Origin: Robiginitomaculum sp.
GTDB lineage: Bacteria > Pseudomonadota > Alphaproteobacteria > Caulobacterales > Maricaulaceae
NCBI GenBank assembly: GCA_965224735.1
Contig: OZ245059.1
Span: forward strand, 2,361-34,360
Direction: 5' to 3'
DNA: 32,000 bases
Of this stretch, positions 9,747 to 18,274 are shown one piece after another. Below the pieces are notes generated by a model. It had not been told where the DNA came from, did not search any database, and worked only from the letters and a program-made list of their open reading frames with translations. Every line of letters starts with the position of its first letter. The first letter of the stretch is position 1. Made by a program: the position numbers and the translations under genes.

Positions 9747-10173
9747 CGATTGCAGCGATACATATTGTTGAGAAAAAGGTGTGTGCGCACCTATCATAGC
9801 GTGTTGAGACACGTCTCCAGTCTTTGATCCTACCAAACATGTTTTGGGCCTTGTGCCGCTGTTTGTACAAAACCTTATCATATGGGATATGCTTTTTTCG
9901 ATTTCGGCGCGGGGGAATACACGGGGTGATATTGTGCGCGTATAATGCCTCCAAGAGCGCAACACGAAACCAATTTGAATCATAGCCTTTGTCGCCTAAA
10001 AGATGTTGCGCTCTTGGGAGTTGGTCAAGCAATAAACGTGTCCCCTTTATGGCCGCTCATTTGTCCCTCACTGAGCACCATGACAACAGGCCGCCCCGCG
10101 CCATCACAAACCGCATGGAGTTTTGAGTTCAACCCGCCTTTGGTGCGTCTAATACATCGGGGAACATCCCTTT

Positions 10174-10201
10174 TTTAAGCAGACTGGTTTAAGCAGACTG
10201 G
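10174..10201. repeat. 14-bp perfect tandem duplication in the IS5 transposase pseudogene
   Basis: TTTAAGCAGACTGG x2; the 14-bp length shifts the reading frame. Confidence 0.9.
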
Positions 10202-10301
10202 CTGCGGTTCTGTGGGCTTTGAGGTGGGTGGCATCAATTTGCAATTGTTCTGGCACACCATCAAATGTGCTGGGCGCGATAAATATTTTGTTGAATACGC
10301 T

Positions 10302-10325
10302 CATTTTACTCCCCATTTTACTCCA
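10302..10325. repeat. 12-bp tandem duplication in the IS5 transposase pseudogene
   Basis: CATTTTACTCCC / CATTTTACTCCA. Confidence 0.85.
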
Positions 10326-10398
10326 GCGTATAAATCGATTATAAAGTGTTTTATGAGGTCCATATTCTCGGGGAGCATCACGCCATTGGAGGCCTCGC

Positions 10399-10443
10399 TT
10401 GAGTACATGGATTTTGAGCGCATGGATCTTGAGCACATGGATA
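10399..10443. repeat. 15-bp imperfect tandem repeat x3 in the IS5 transposase pseudogene
   Basis: TTGAGTACATGGATT / TTGAGCGCATGGATC / TTGAGCACATGGATA. Confidence 0.85.
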
Positions 10444-10696
10444 ATGCCACTAATGACAGGCAAATCATCTACGCGCGGAACCCCGTGGGGTAAGGAAATA
10501 AGGCTTAATACGTGCCAGCTGGGACTTTGATAGATAAAACAAATCACTCATGATGAAAACTCCTTTGAATGCCAATCAATCACAAATCAAGCAAAATGGG
10601 AATCCCTAAAATTAATAGGTCCTGACCCTAAATAGAGTAAATAGGCTTTGTAAGCCTATTTACAAATGCCAACAATACGAATAGTTTGCAAAAATA

Positions 10697-12445
10697 ATGG
10701 GTAGGGTTATGATTATTAGGTTTTCTGGGATGTCTAAATTGATACGAACCGTATTGGCAGGGGTCGTTTTATGCGCTTGCGTCTTTGCGCAATCGATTGT
10801 CTATGCGCAAGCAAAGCGAGAGGGTCAAGCGGTACAAACGCAGCAACAACCTGAAGTGCAAAAGTTACAAGAAGCACGAGCGCCTCAAAAAACGGAAAAA
10901 GACACGGCAGTTGTTAGCACAACAAATATATCAATATATCAAGCTGCTCTTGAAGCGCGCCGGGCCGCGGATGAGGCGATTAATGAAGCGCTTCAGTCTG
11001 GCGATAGCGAAGCGCTCGACACTGCTTATACTTTGCGAAAATCTGCCGATAAAGCATTGGCGGACGCGGCAGTAAAAAAAGATTTACATTTAGAAACCGC
11101 TCTTAAGAGCGGCGAGGTGACGAAAATATCTCAGAAAAAGAAAAGTCTAATATCAACAAATCCAGACGATATTAAGGCAATGTTGCAAAGTATATTAAAC
11201 AAGGTAATCGGATGGTTAACCAGCGTTGCATTTTTGGCAATGATTGGTGCTATTGTTCTGGCCTATTTTTTAGCTCCGATCCTAACAAAGATATTAGAAA
11301 AACGCATCCCTCTTTTGCAAACCGCTCCCAAAAAGGATGTTAAGCTACGCATTGTTCGTCATTATTTATATGAAGCTCGCGAGCTGTTAAGGCCGATATT
11401 ACTGGTGGGGTTGTTGGCGCTTGGCGCTTTTGTTCTTAAAAATATTTCGATCTTTGGACAGGATTGGCTTGTAAAGTTAGCGCAGGGCTTAGCCGTGGTT
11501 TTCCTTCTTTTTAAAGCGATAAAGCAGTTTTTTAAAAACCCGCTTTTGCAAAAAATAACCATCTGGATTGCTATCCCGCTCGCACTCTTTATGGTGTTTG
11601 GGTATTATGATGATTTACTAAAGATCCTTAACACAACAACGATTATGAAAATGGGTACCACTCCCATCACTCTCATGACGTTTGTGCGGCTTGGTATTTT
11701 TAGTGGTTTGTTTTTCTGGCTAGGCGGGATATCAAATTCCAGAGGGCAAACGGCTATTCGCTCGCAAGAAACTTTGGATGTAGCCACGCGCGAAATTGCG
11801 GCGAAAATGTTTCAAATCCTGTTGTTTGTGATTTTGTTTGTGCTCATTCTAAGCTTCGCAGGTATTCCACTTTCTGGTCTTGTCATGATTTTCAGTGCTG
11901 TTGGCCTTGGCATCGGGTTTGGCCTTCAACCCATTGCTGCCAATTTTATTTCAGGGCTTATCATCTTATTTGACCGCTCGGTTAAGGCTGGAGATTATGT
12001 AGTGCTACCTGATGGCCAAGAGGGATATGTTGAGGCGATTAATATGCGCTCGACGATTGTTGAGACGACGGACGGTAAAGACATCATGGTTCCCAATGTT
12101 AAATTTATTGATGAGGCTTATGAGAACTGGACGCACAAAGATCCGCGTCAGCGCTATGAAGTTTATTTCAGCGTTTCTTTTAACACGGACATCGAAAAGC
12201 TTGAGGCGATTTTGATACCCGAAATATCAAAACACCCAAAAGTTTTACAAGAGCCGGAAAAGCCAGATTTGGAGCTTAGAGAATTTGGCGAATCTTGTAT
12301 AAATTTTGCTATAGAGTTTTGGTGTAGCGGCATTGATGACGGGGAGAATAAATTTACTTCAGATTTAAATTTTACGATTTGGCGCACCTTAAAGAAACAT
12401 GGTATTGCTATGCCGTTGCCACAACGCGAAATAAAAATGTTGTAA
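10697..12445 (+). CDS. MscS-family mechanosensitive channel (large, with periplasmic N-terminal extension)
   Basis: Signal or TM start, multiple TM helices, then the MscS core: GLGIGFGLQPIAANFISGLIILFDRSVKAGDYV...GYVEAINMRSTIVETTDGKDIMVPN. Alternative starts at 10709 and 10730. Confidence 0.85.
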   Translation: MGRVMIIRFSGMSKLIRTVLAGVVLCACVFAQSIVYAQAKREGQAVQTQQQPEVQKLQEARAPQKTEKDTAVVSTTNISIYQAALEARRAADEAINEALQSGDSEALDTAYTLRKSADKALADAAVKKDLHLETALKSGEVTKISQKKKSLISTNPDDIKAMLQSILNKVIGWLTSVAFLAMIGAIVLAYFLAPILTKILEKRIPLLQTAPKKDVKLRIVRHYLYEARELLRPILLVGLLALGAFVLKNISIFGQDWLVKLAQGLAVVFLLFKAIKQFFKNPLLQKITIWIAIPLALFMVFGYYDDLLKILNTTTIMKMGTTPITLMTFVRLGIFSGLFFWLGGISNSRGQTAIRSQETLDVATREIAAKMFQILLFVILFVLILSFAGIPLSGLVMIFSAVGLGIGFGLQPIAANFISGLIILFDRSVKAGDYVVLPDGQEGYVEAINMRSTIVETTDGKDIMVPNVKFIDEAYENWTHKDPRQRYEVYFSVSFNTDIEKLEAILIPEISKHPKVLQEPEKPDLELREFGESCINFAIEFWCSGIDDGENKFTSDLNFTIWRTLKKHGIAMPLPQREIKML

Positions 12446-12452
12446 TAAAAAA

Positions 12453-12528
12453 TGGTGCCGCATGGGTGACTTGAACACCCGACCCCCACATTACGAATGT
12501 GATGCTCTACCAGCTGAGCTAATGCGGC
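12453..12528 (-). tRNA. tRNA-Thr (anticodon CGU)
   Basis: Reverse complement GCCGCATTAGCTCAGCTGGTAGAGCATCACATTCGTAATGTGGGGGTCGGGTGTTCAAGTCACCCATGCGGCACCA folds as a 76-nt cloverleaf: 7-bp acceptor stem, anticodon loop TTCGTAA, T-loop GGTGTTCAAGTCACC and an encoded CCA. Confidence 0.9.
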
Positions 12529-12584
12529 ATGCTTAGAGTTTGCTCTTTATCGTATATTGTAATATTTGACAAGTATGGACTGGG

Positions 12585-14111
12585 TTAACTCTTTGTGTTT
12601 CCGAGCAAATTGGCGAGGCGTTTGGAGAGGTTTTCTTTGCTATCATTGCTGCTTGATACTCCAGGGTCATCTGGGCTGGGCGGTATGTCTATTTCAAGAG
12701 CTTTGGGTTCTTTTTTGTCAGGAATATTCGTTTTTTTGTCATTTTCAACGGTGGTGTTTACAGAGGCGGTATTTACAGATGAGTTTATTGGTGCGCGGCG
12801 TTGTTGATGTGTTTCAAGGCGAGGATGAATAAGTATGCCGTTTTCCCCATAAGACTTTATAAGGCGCCGCCAATCTTTTTCTGTATAAGCAAAGGCTGAG
12901 CCATTTGGATCTAGATCAGTCCAATCTGATTCTATGGGCGCAGTGCTTGCTCGGATTAACCAAGACTTAGCATCAACTTCATTGCCTAACAGTTCTTCTG
13001 CACTGGCGGCAAGCGTGCACAAGCGTGCAGATGGCTCCTCTTCGCGCAAAAGACCACCAAGAGATTGCAGAGCGCCAAGACCGTCCTGAGTGTGGAGCGC
13101 ATTTTCTGCTAGAAGGATGAGGCTTTCTCGGTGTGCTGGGTATGTTTTAACGAGGTGATTTACTCGTTTGGTTTGTACTTTCGTGCTCTCGTTTCCAAGC
13201 AAATCACGATATGCAAGACCAAGGGCTGGGTGAGGGGATCGGCTCCAAGCCTTTTCAAGTAGGCGTGCCGCTTTCTTATGATCACCGTTTTGTGCGAGCA
13301 GACGCGCGGCCAAAGCCGTGCCAGGGGCAAACTCTGGCTGAATGTCGGCGGCACGGCTCGCAGCCTCTAAAGCTGCTGTGTTTTCACTTGCTATCTCAAG
13401 GCTTGCAGCTTTCGCAGATAAAATAGCTACGCGCATGCGCCGCCCTTTGTCTTTATCAACATGTTTTCGTCTTTCTGCGAGTTTCAAAGTCTCAAGTGCA
13501 CCATCCCAATCATTACTTTGAATTTGCGCGTCAAATAAATTCTCAAAAGCCCATTGGGGTCCATTATAAGGTTCATAAGCAGCGCGCGCTGTTTTAATAA
13601 CACCTGTATAATCGCCTTTATTAAAAGCAATGCGCGCCAACCCGCGCAGACCCGCAACTTTGGTTCTTGGGTTATCAAGCAACGCCTTATAATGGGTGCT
13701 TGCGGACGTCTCTTCACCAGCGCTCTCGGCTGCTTTAGCGCTAATAAGCGCCGTTAGGGCGGGGCGCTGTAGGAGGTCGTGGGCTCTTTTTGCTTTTTTT
13801 AGAGCTTTATCGGCATCACCGTTCTCGCCTGCGAGAATAGCGTCTTCAATGGCATTGAGGCCGTTTTGTTCGCGCTTACGGCCAAAGCCCGTTTTCATTC
13901 TGGTTGGCAGTCGCCACAACCATACAGCAAGGGACCAAAGCCCTATAATAATGCCAATACAAACACTAATCCCAATAATAGTAACCTGTAATTTCGTCTT
14001 ATAGGTCTTACCAAGAATATCAAGTGTGACTATTTCGCTACTGCCAACATAGAGAAGCAAGGCTGCAAGAGCCAAAATTAAGACTAATGGGACAATAAGA
14101 TAACGAGCCAT
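12585..14111 (-). CDS. hemY: HemY-like TPR membrane protein
   Basis: Two N-terminal TM segments, then TPR-like repeats (HemY_N-type architecture). It lies immediately downstream of the Mic60-like gene, the usual alphaproteobacterial arrangement. Confidence 0.75.
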   Translation of the reverse strand: MARYLIVPLVLILALAALLLYVGSSEIVTLDILGKTYKTKLQVTIIGISVCIGIIIGLWSLAVWLWRLPTRMKTGFGRKREQNGLNAIEDAILAGENGDADKALKKAKRAHDLLQRPALTALISAKAAESAGEETSASTHYKALLDNPRTKVAGLRGLARIAFNKGDYTGVIKTARAAYEPYNGPQWAFENLFDAQIQSNDWDGALETLKLAERRKHVDKDKGRRMRVAILSAKAASLEIASENTAALEAASRAADIQPEFAPGTALAARLLAQNGDHKKAARLLEKAWSRSPHPALGLAYRDLLGNESTKVQTKRVNHLVKTYPAHRESLILLAENALHTQDGLGALQSLGGLLREEEPSARLCTLAASAEELLGNEVDAKSWLIRASTAPIESDWTDLDPNGSAFAYTEKDWRRLIKSYGENGILIHPRLETHQQRRAPINSSVNTASVNTTVENDKKTNIPDKKEPKALEIDIPPSPDDPGVSSSNDSKENLSKRLANLLGNTKS

Positions 14112-14141
14112 AAAGCACTCCTATTTAAATGTTTCTCGGCG

Positions 14142-15209
14142 TTATTTTTCTAAAAAAGCAATTTCTTTAATGGCTTTTTTCGCGGCTGTTCGCCAATCTG
14201 TTGCGATTGCTCGTACAGGCGGATTAAGACTTTCGATGAGTGATACGGCCTCTTTAATATTTCCATTTCGCACAAACTCTAATGCGGCATCAATACTTAC
14301 GCGCGGGTTAGGCGTTTCATTGTCACGAACTTTCACATGTTTGGCGAGCGTTCGTTGAAGCCAGCTTGGTTTTTCAGCAGCCAAAGCTTCCTGAGCGCTA
14401 ACAGTGCTGAGCATTTTTTCACGCGGGAAAGTTTCAATCAAGATAGTAAGAATTTCAGCCTTAGTTGGTTTCTCGGTTTGTTTGGGAAGCTCAATCGGTT
14501 TGCTGTCTGGAATGGGAAAGGTTGCGGCGGGTTTAGTGTTTTCCAGTGCGGCGAGTCTATCTTCAAGCGCAGAAAACATGTCCGTAGCTTTGCCCGTAGC
14601 TTCAAGTGTGTCAATACGGGTAAGCAGAGCAGAGAGATCAGGGCCGCTTTTACCATCTTTAGGCTTTAGAGTTGCTAGGGATTTAATATCTGATTTGAGT
14701 GCCTCTATTTCTTGTCCGTAATCGGGCGCATCTTCTAATGGCTTTTGCGCAGCAATTTCTGCCTTAAAAATTGTTAGCTCTGATGCAGTTTTAGTTGTGG
14801 TTTGTTTGTTCTGTTGTGTCTCGGTCTGCAAAGTTTTGATTTTGGCATCAAGTGCAACGATACGCTGTTCCGCTTTGCCTAAATTTGTTTGGTATTGGTT
14901 ACGGATTTGCGAAAGACTCGCTTTCAAAGTATCAACCGTATGATCTGATTTGTTTAAATACTTCATACCTCCAATACCCAGCGCTCCGCCTGCAAGCGCG
15001 GCTATGAGAGACGAAGTAAGCAATGTTGCGAAATCTATGCTTTTTTTAGTCTTGGGTTTTGCTTTTGTCTTGGGTTTTGCTTTTAAGGTTTTAGGGTGCG
15101 ATTTTTCAGTCAGTGGTTTTTCAGTCAGTGGTTTTTCAGTCAGTGGTTTTTGCGCAGTTTTATCAACCTTGTCGTTTTTCTTCTGTGTTATGTCTTCATT
15201 GCTCATCAT
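14142..15209 (-). CDS. Alphaproteobacterial Mic60/mitofilin-like protein
   Basis: Lys-rich N-terminus with PLTEK repeats, one TM (SSLIAALAGGALGIGGM) and a long coiled-coil region. The C-terminus (...IDAALEFVRNGNIKEAVSLIESLNPPVRAIATDWRTAAKKAIKE) resembles the mitofilin signature. Start set at the ATG at 15209, preceded by GGAG. Confidence 0.6.
   Translation of the reverse strand: MMSNEDITQKKNDKVDKTAQKPLTEKPLTEKPLTEKSHPKTLKAKPKTKAKPKTKKSIDFATLLTSSLIAALAGGALGIGGMKYLNKSDHTVDTLKASLSQIRNQYQTNLGKAEQRIVALDAKIKTLQTETQQNKQTTTKTASELTIFKAEIAAQKPLEDAPDYGQEIEALKSDIKSLATLKPKDGKSGPDLSALLTRIDTLEATGKATDMFSALEDRLAALENTKPAATFPIPDSKPIELPKQTEKPTKAEILTILIETFPREKMLSTVSAQEALAAEKPSWLQRTLAKHVKVRDNETPNPRVSIDAALEFVRNGNIKEAVSLIESLNPPVRAIATDWRTAAKKAIKEIAFLEK
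15049..15084. repeat. 18-bp perfect tandem repeat x2 in the mic60-like gene
   Basis: GTCTTGGGTTTTGCTTTT x2 encodes KAKPKT x2. Confidence 0.9.
15106..15150. repeat. 15-bp perfect tandem repeat x3 in the mic60-like gene
   Basis: TCAGTCAGTGGTTTT x3 encodes (KPLTE)x3 on the minus strand. Confidence 0.9.
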
Positions 15210-15307
15210 ATACTCCGCAACTAGCATACGCCTCACAACAGAGTTCTACAAGAACTATCGACACTCAAACATTGCGCAGTAGTACCGCAACACGCTATTG
15301 GGTGTTT

Positions 15308-16417
15308 ATGAATAACCATTTTAAACTAAACCCGAGTTATGTTCTCGGGCTAGAATCTTCATGTGATGAAACGGCAGCATCAATTGTGGCCCGCTATAGT
15401 GATGGGCGCACCGAAGTGCTTTCCTCAATTATTGCTACGCAGGTTAAAGAACACAGCCCTTATGGCGGGGTTGTTCCTGAAATTGCAGCGCGCGCCCACA
15501 TGCAAAAAATTGAAGGATTGACAAAAGACGCCGTAAAAAAATCTGGCCTTAAATTTTCAGACATTCATTCGATCGCCGCAACGGCAGGCCCGGGGCTCAT
15601 TGGTGGCGTGATAACGGGGCTCATGTGTGCAAAGGGGTTGTCATTATCATTAGGCATTCCCCTTATTGCTATCAACCATTTGGAAGGTCATGCACTTTCA
15701 CCTCGCCTAAGCGCGGCTTGTCCATTTCCTTATTTATTATTACTTGTATCTGGTGGACACACTCAGCTTTTAAGTGTGAACGGTCTTGGAGATTATACAC
15801 GGCTTGGCTCAACCGTAGATGATGCAGCGGGGGAAGTTTTTGATAAAACGGCAAAAATAATGAACCTTGGGTTTCCAGGCGGCCCAGCCTTAGAGCGCAT
15901 GGCTGCGTTTGGAAATGAGATGGCTATTGATCTGCCGCGTCCATTTAATGGAAAACCGCATGCAGATTTTTCTTTCTCTGGTCTTAAAACGGCGGCTGCG
16001 CGAGCCTATGCAAAATTTGAAAATATGTGCGAGCAAAATAAAGCAGACCTTGCTGCAAGTTTTCAAAAAGCCGTTACGGATATTATTTGCGATCGCAGCG
16101 CTAACGCTATGGGTATGTTTTTGGAAAAACACCCTAATGATTTACGCTTTGTTGTTGCGGGCGGGGTTGCTGCCAACACTGCTATTCGTCAAGGGCTTGA
16201 AAGATTGTGCCGCAATAAAGGCTTTACCCTTACTGCGCCACCGCTTATTTATTGTACTGATAATGCAGCCATGATAGCGCTTGCGGGCGCGGAGCATTTC
16301 GCAGCGGGTAATATTGATGGTCTGGACGCCAAGGCACGGCCGCGTTGGCCGTTAGATGCGCAAAGCGCGAAAGAAAACCCTGCCAGTGGATTTGGCAAGA
16401 AAGGCCCAAAATCATGA
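15308..16417 (+). CDS. tsaD: tRNA N6-adenosine threonylcarbamoyltransferase
   Basis: VLGLESSCDETAASIV, GGVVPEIAARAH, INHLEGH and LLVSGGHTQL. The track ORF's 65-aa N-terminal extension is antisense to the mic60-like gene, so it was trimmed. Confidence 0.95.
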   Translation: MNNHFKLNPSYVLGLESSCDETAASIVARYSDGRTEVLSSIIATQVKEHSPYGGVVPEIAARAHMQKIEGLTKDAVKKSGLKFSDIHSIAATAGPGLIGGVITGLMCAKGLSLSLGIPLIAINHLEGHALSPRLSAACPFPYLLLLVSGGHTQLLSVNGLGDYTRLGSTVDDAAGEVFDKTAKIMNLGFPGGPALERMAAFGNEMAIDLPRPFNGKPHADFSFSGLKTAAARAYAKFENMCEQNKADLAASFQKAVTDIICDRSANAMGMFLEKHPNDLRFVVAGGVAANTAIRQGLERLCRNKGFTLTAPPLIYCTDNAAMIALAGAEHFAAGNIDGLDAKARPRWPLDAQSAKENPASGFGKKGPKS

Positions 16418-17430
16418 GTCCAAAAAAGATGGATATTCAGTTTCAAAAATTTGGTGTTATTGGCGGTGGTGCTTGGGGTACGGCACTGGCGCAAACATTG
16501 GCCTGCGCTGGGCGCGACGTTACTCTATGGACATTTGAAAAGAACTGCGCAGAAGCGATAAACACCCAGCACGAAAACATCTTATATCTTCCAGGTGTTG
16601 CGCTTGATCATAACATAAAGGCTAGTTCACATTTCGCTGATCTAGGGAATGTTGACGCCGTTCTTGCAGTCGCGCCAGCTCAGCATATGCGGGCAACCCT
16701 TAAGGCCTTCGCCCCGCACGCTAAAAAAAGCTTACCAGTAATTTTATGCTCAAAAGGCATAGAGTTAAGTACGCAGAGCTTTATGACAGAAGTCTTGGCA
16801 GATGTGTTGCCAGGCTCAATTCCTGCCGTGCTTTCAGGGCCCAGCTTTGCCATTGATGTGGTGAAAGGCCTGCCGACGGCCGTGACGCTCGCAGTAAAGG
16901 AGAAAAAATTAGGAAAAGCGCTTGCTACGGCAATCGCATCGCCTAGCTTTCGGCCATATTTACGGGACGATTTACTCGGCGCAGAAATTGGCGGTGCAGT
17001 AAAAAATGTGTTGGCGATTGCTTGCGGCATGGTTCTTGGCAAAGGGCTTGGAAAATCTGCGCATGCATCATTGATAGCACGCGGGTTTGCCGAAATGACG
17101 CGGCTTGGCGCAGCGCTTGGCGCAAACCCTGAAACTTTGACAGGGTTGTGCGGCCTTGGTGATTTGGTGTTAACATGTAGTTCTGAGCTGTCGCGCAATA
17201 TGTCATGCGGTCTTGCGCTGGGTGAGGGGAAAAGCCTTGACGAAATTATGGGCGGGCGCACGGCAGTGACAGAGGGCGTCGCAACCGCGCCCGTACTTTT
17301 GAAATTGGCCAAAAGAGCGGGCGTCGAAATACCCATTTGCGCAGCTGTTGCAGCTATTTTGGCAGATAAGGTTAGCGTTGATGAAGCCATAGCAGGACTT
17401 CTAAGCCGTGAGCGTAAAGTGGAAGATTAG
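16414..17430 (+). CDS. gpsA: NAD(P)H-dependent glycerol-3-phosphate dehydrogenase
   Basis: FGVIGGGAWGTALA Rossmann motif, ...GAEIGGAVKNVLAIACG... The ATG overlaps the tsaD stop (ATGA at 16414-16417). An alternative start at MDIQ cannot be excluded. Confidence 0.93.
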   Translation: MSPKKMDIQFQKFGVIGGGAWGTALAQTLACAGRDVTLWTFEKNCAEAINTQHENILYLPGVALDHNIKASSHFADLGNVDAVLAVAPAQHMRATLKAFAPHAKKSLPVILCSKGIELSTQSFMTEVLADVLPGSIPAVLSGPSFAIDVVKGLPTAVTLAVKEKKLGKALATAIASPSFRPYLRDDLLGAEIGGAVKNVLAIACGMVLGKGLGKSAHASLIARGFAEMTRLGAALGANPETLTGLCGLGDLVLTCSSELSRNMSCGLALGEGKSLDEIMGGRTAVTEGVATAPVLLKLAKRAGVEIPICAAVAAILADKVSVDEAIAGLLSRERKVED

Positions 17431-17438
17431 GGCAAAAC

Positions 17439-17738
17439 ATGAGATTTATGATTTACACTACAGATAAAGAAGGCGCGGTAGATATTCGCATAGCCTACAG
17501 GGCGGCGCATCTTGACCACCTTTCTGAGAATAAAAAAGTAAAAGTCCTGACAGCAGGGCCATGGCTTGATGATGATAATGAAACGATGAAAGGATCGCTC
17601 ATAATTGTCGAAGCAAATTGCGTAAATTGTGTAACCAAATGGATTGGCCGCGATCCGTATGTTGTTGCGGGCCTCACAGGCAGCGCAAAGATTCATCCCT
17701 TTAATTGGGCAATTGGAGCGCCTTCGTCTTTTACATAA
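17439..17738 (+). CDS. YciI-family protein
   Basis: 99 aa: MRFMIYTTDKEGAVDIRIAYRAAHLDHL...GSLIIVEA...DPYVVAGL, typical YCII-related domain. Confidence 0.8.
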   Translation: MRFMIYTTDKEGAVDIRIAYRAAHLDHLSENKKVKVLTAGPWLDDDNETMKGSLIIVEANCVNCVTKWIGRDPYVVAGLTGSAKIHPFNWAIGAPSSFT

Positions 17739-18129
17739 CCCATGCCATCAAATGTCATAATGATAGAATAGGGTTGCTTTTGGTAAAAAGAATGCATTGT
17801 TGCGGGGAGCCACCAATCACCAATGCCGTCCGTAGCGGTTAGAATAACGGATCCTGACAAAGAATGTTCAAGGGTTGCAGAACTGCGGGTGATGGCATCT
17901 GCTGCTGCTGCTTCCATGCGCTTGATATGGCCGAGCACCAAATAGCCAAATTTAGTCGGGGTGAGGCGACCGTCTTCTTTGGTTAGCAGTGGCGTGCTAA
18001 AATTCTGCTCAAGGGTTTTCTACGCCTGCCGACTGTTGGCTGGCTGATATTCAACCTTTGGCCCGCGCCCGTAAGGCTACCTGTCTCTGCCACAGCAAGA
18101 AAGATAGGGTAATTCGACCAGTTTTTCAT
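17693..18129 (-). pseudogene. LysR-family regulator remnant (frameshifted, 3'-truncated)
   Basis: Reverse-strand ATG at 18129: MKNWSNYPIFLAVAETGSLTGAGQRLNISQPTVGRR. After a frame change near 18022-18030 it continues KTLEQNFSTPLLTKEDGRLTPTKFGYLVLGHIKRMEAAA...VILTATDGIGDWWLPATM. Only ~145 of the ~300 aa expected remain, and the remnant ends against yciI. Confidence 0.7.
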
Positions 18130-18228
18130 ACAAATATGCATATAACAGAGCGGTTAAGAGTCAATATAATTCCTTTTTGAATATTTCTCGTGGCTTCCAG
18201 AGCACATTTATTGGTTGTAAATTATATG

Positions 18229-18257
18229 TTGAATAAACCTTAATAATGTGTTATAAT
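18229..18257 (+). promoter_or_regulatory. Candidate sigma70-type promoter upstream of rhs
   Basis: TTGAAT (18229-18234), a 17-bp spacer, then TGtTATAAT (extended -10, 18249-18257). The predicted start site would fall within or next to the RBS GAGGGA (18261-18266), leaving a very short leader. Confidence 0.3.
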
Positions 18258-18274
18258 TTAGAGGGACGAATATT

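Larger units (their letters stand above)
9730..10547 (-). pseudogene. IS5-family transposase, disrupted
   Basis: The OrfA-like piece contains GLQWRDAPREYGPHKTLYNRFIRWSK...QIDATHLKAHRTA. The OrfB-like piece contains LLGDKGYDSNWFR...MFGRIKDWRRVSTRYDRCAHTFFSTICIAAIVIYWL. They are separated by a ~115-nt gap (10033-10148), and three small tandem duplications lie within the gene region (the 14-bp one spanning the OrfA 3' end at 10174-10201). Confidence 0.75.
9715..10630 (-). mobile_element. Degenerate IS5-family (IS427/IS1031-like) insertion sequence abutting the IS481 end
   Basis: Perfect 12-bp terminal inverted repeat: TAGGGTCAGGAC at 9715-9726 and GTCCTGACCCTA at 10619-10630. The transposase fragments lie inside it. 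Confidence 0.7.

Noticed and set aside
12163-12489. 108-aa minus-strand ORF spanning the mscS 3' end and the tRNA
   Set aside because: It overlaps a well-supported tRNA-Thr and the MscS-family coding sequence, so it is a shadow ORF.
15113-15307. 65-aa N-terminal extension of the tsaD ORF in the track
   Set aside because: The extension is antisense to the mic60-like gene's repeat region (VFQSVVFQSVVF is the 15-bp repeat read backwards). The conserved TsaD N-terminus begins at the Met at 15308.
16680-17390. 236-aa minus-strand ORF
   Set aside because: It is entirely antisense to gpsA, which is recognised unambiguously. Its Ala/Ser/Pro-rich composition is typical of a shadow ORF.
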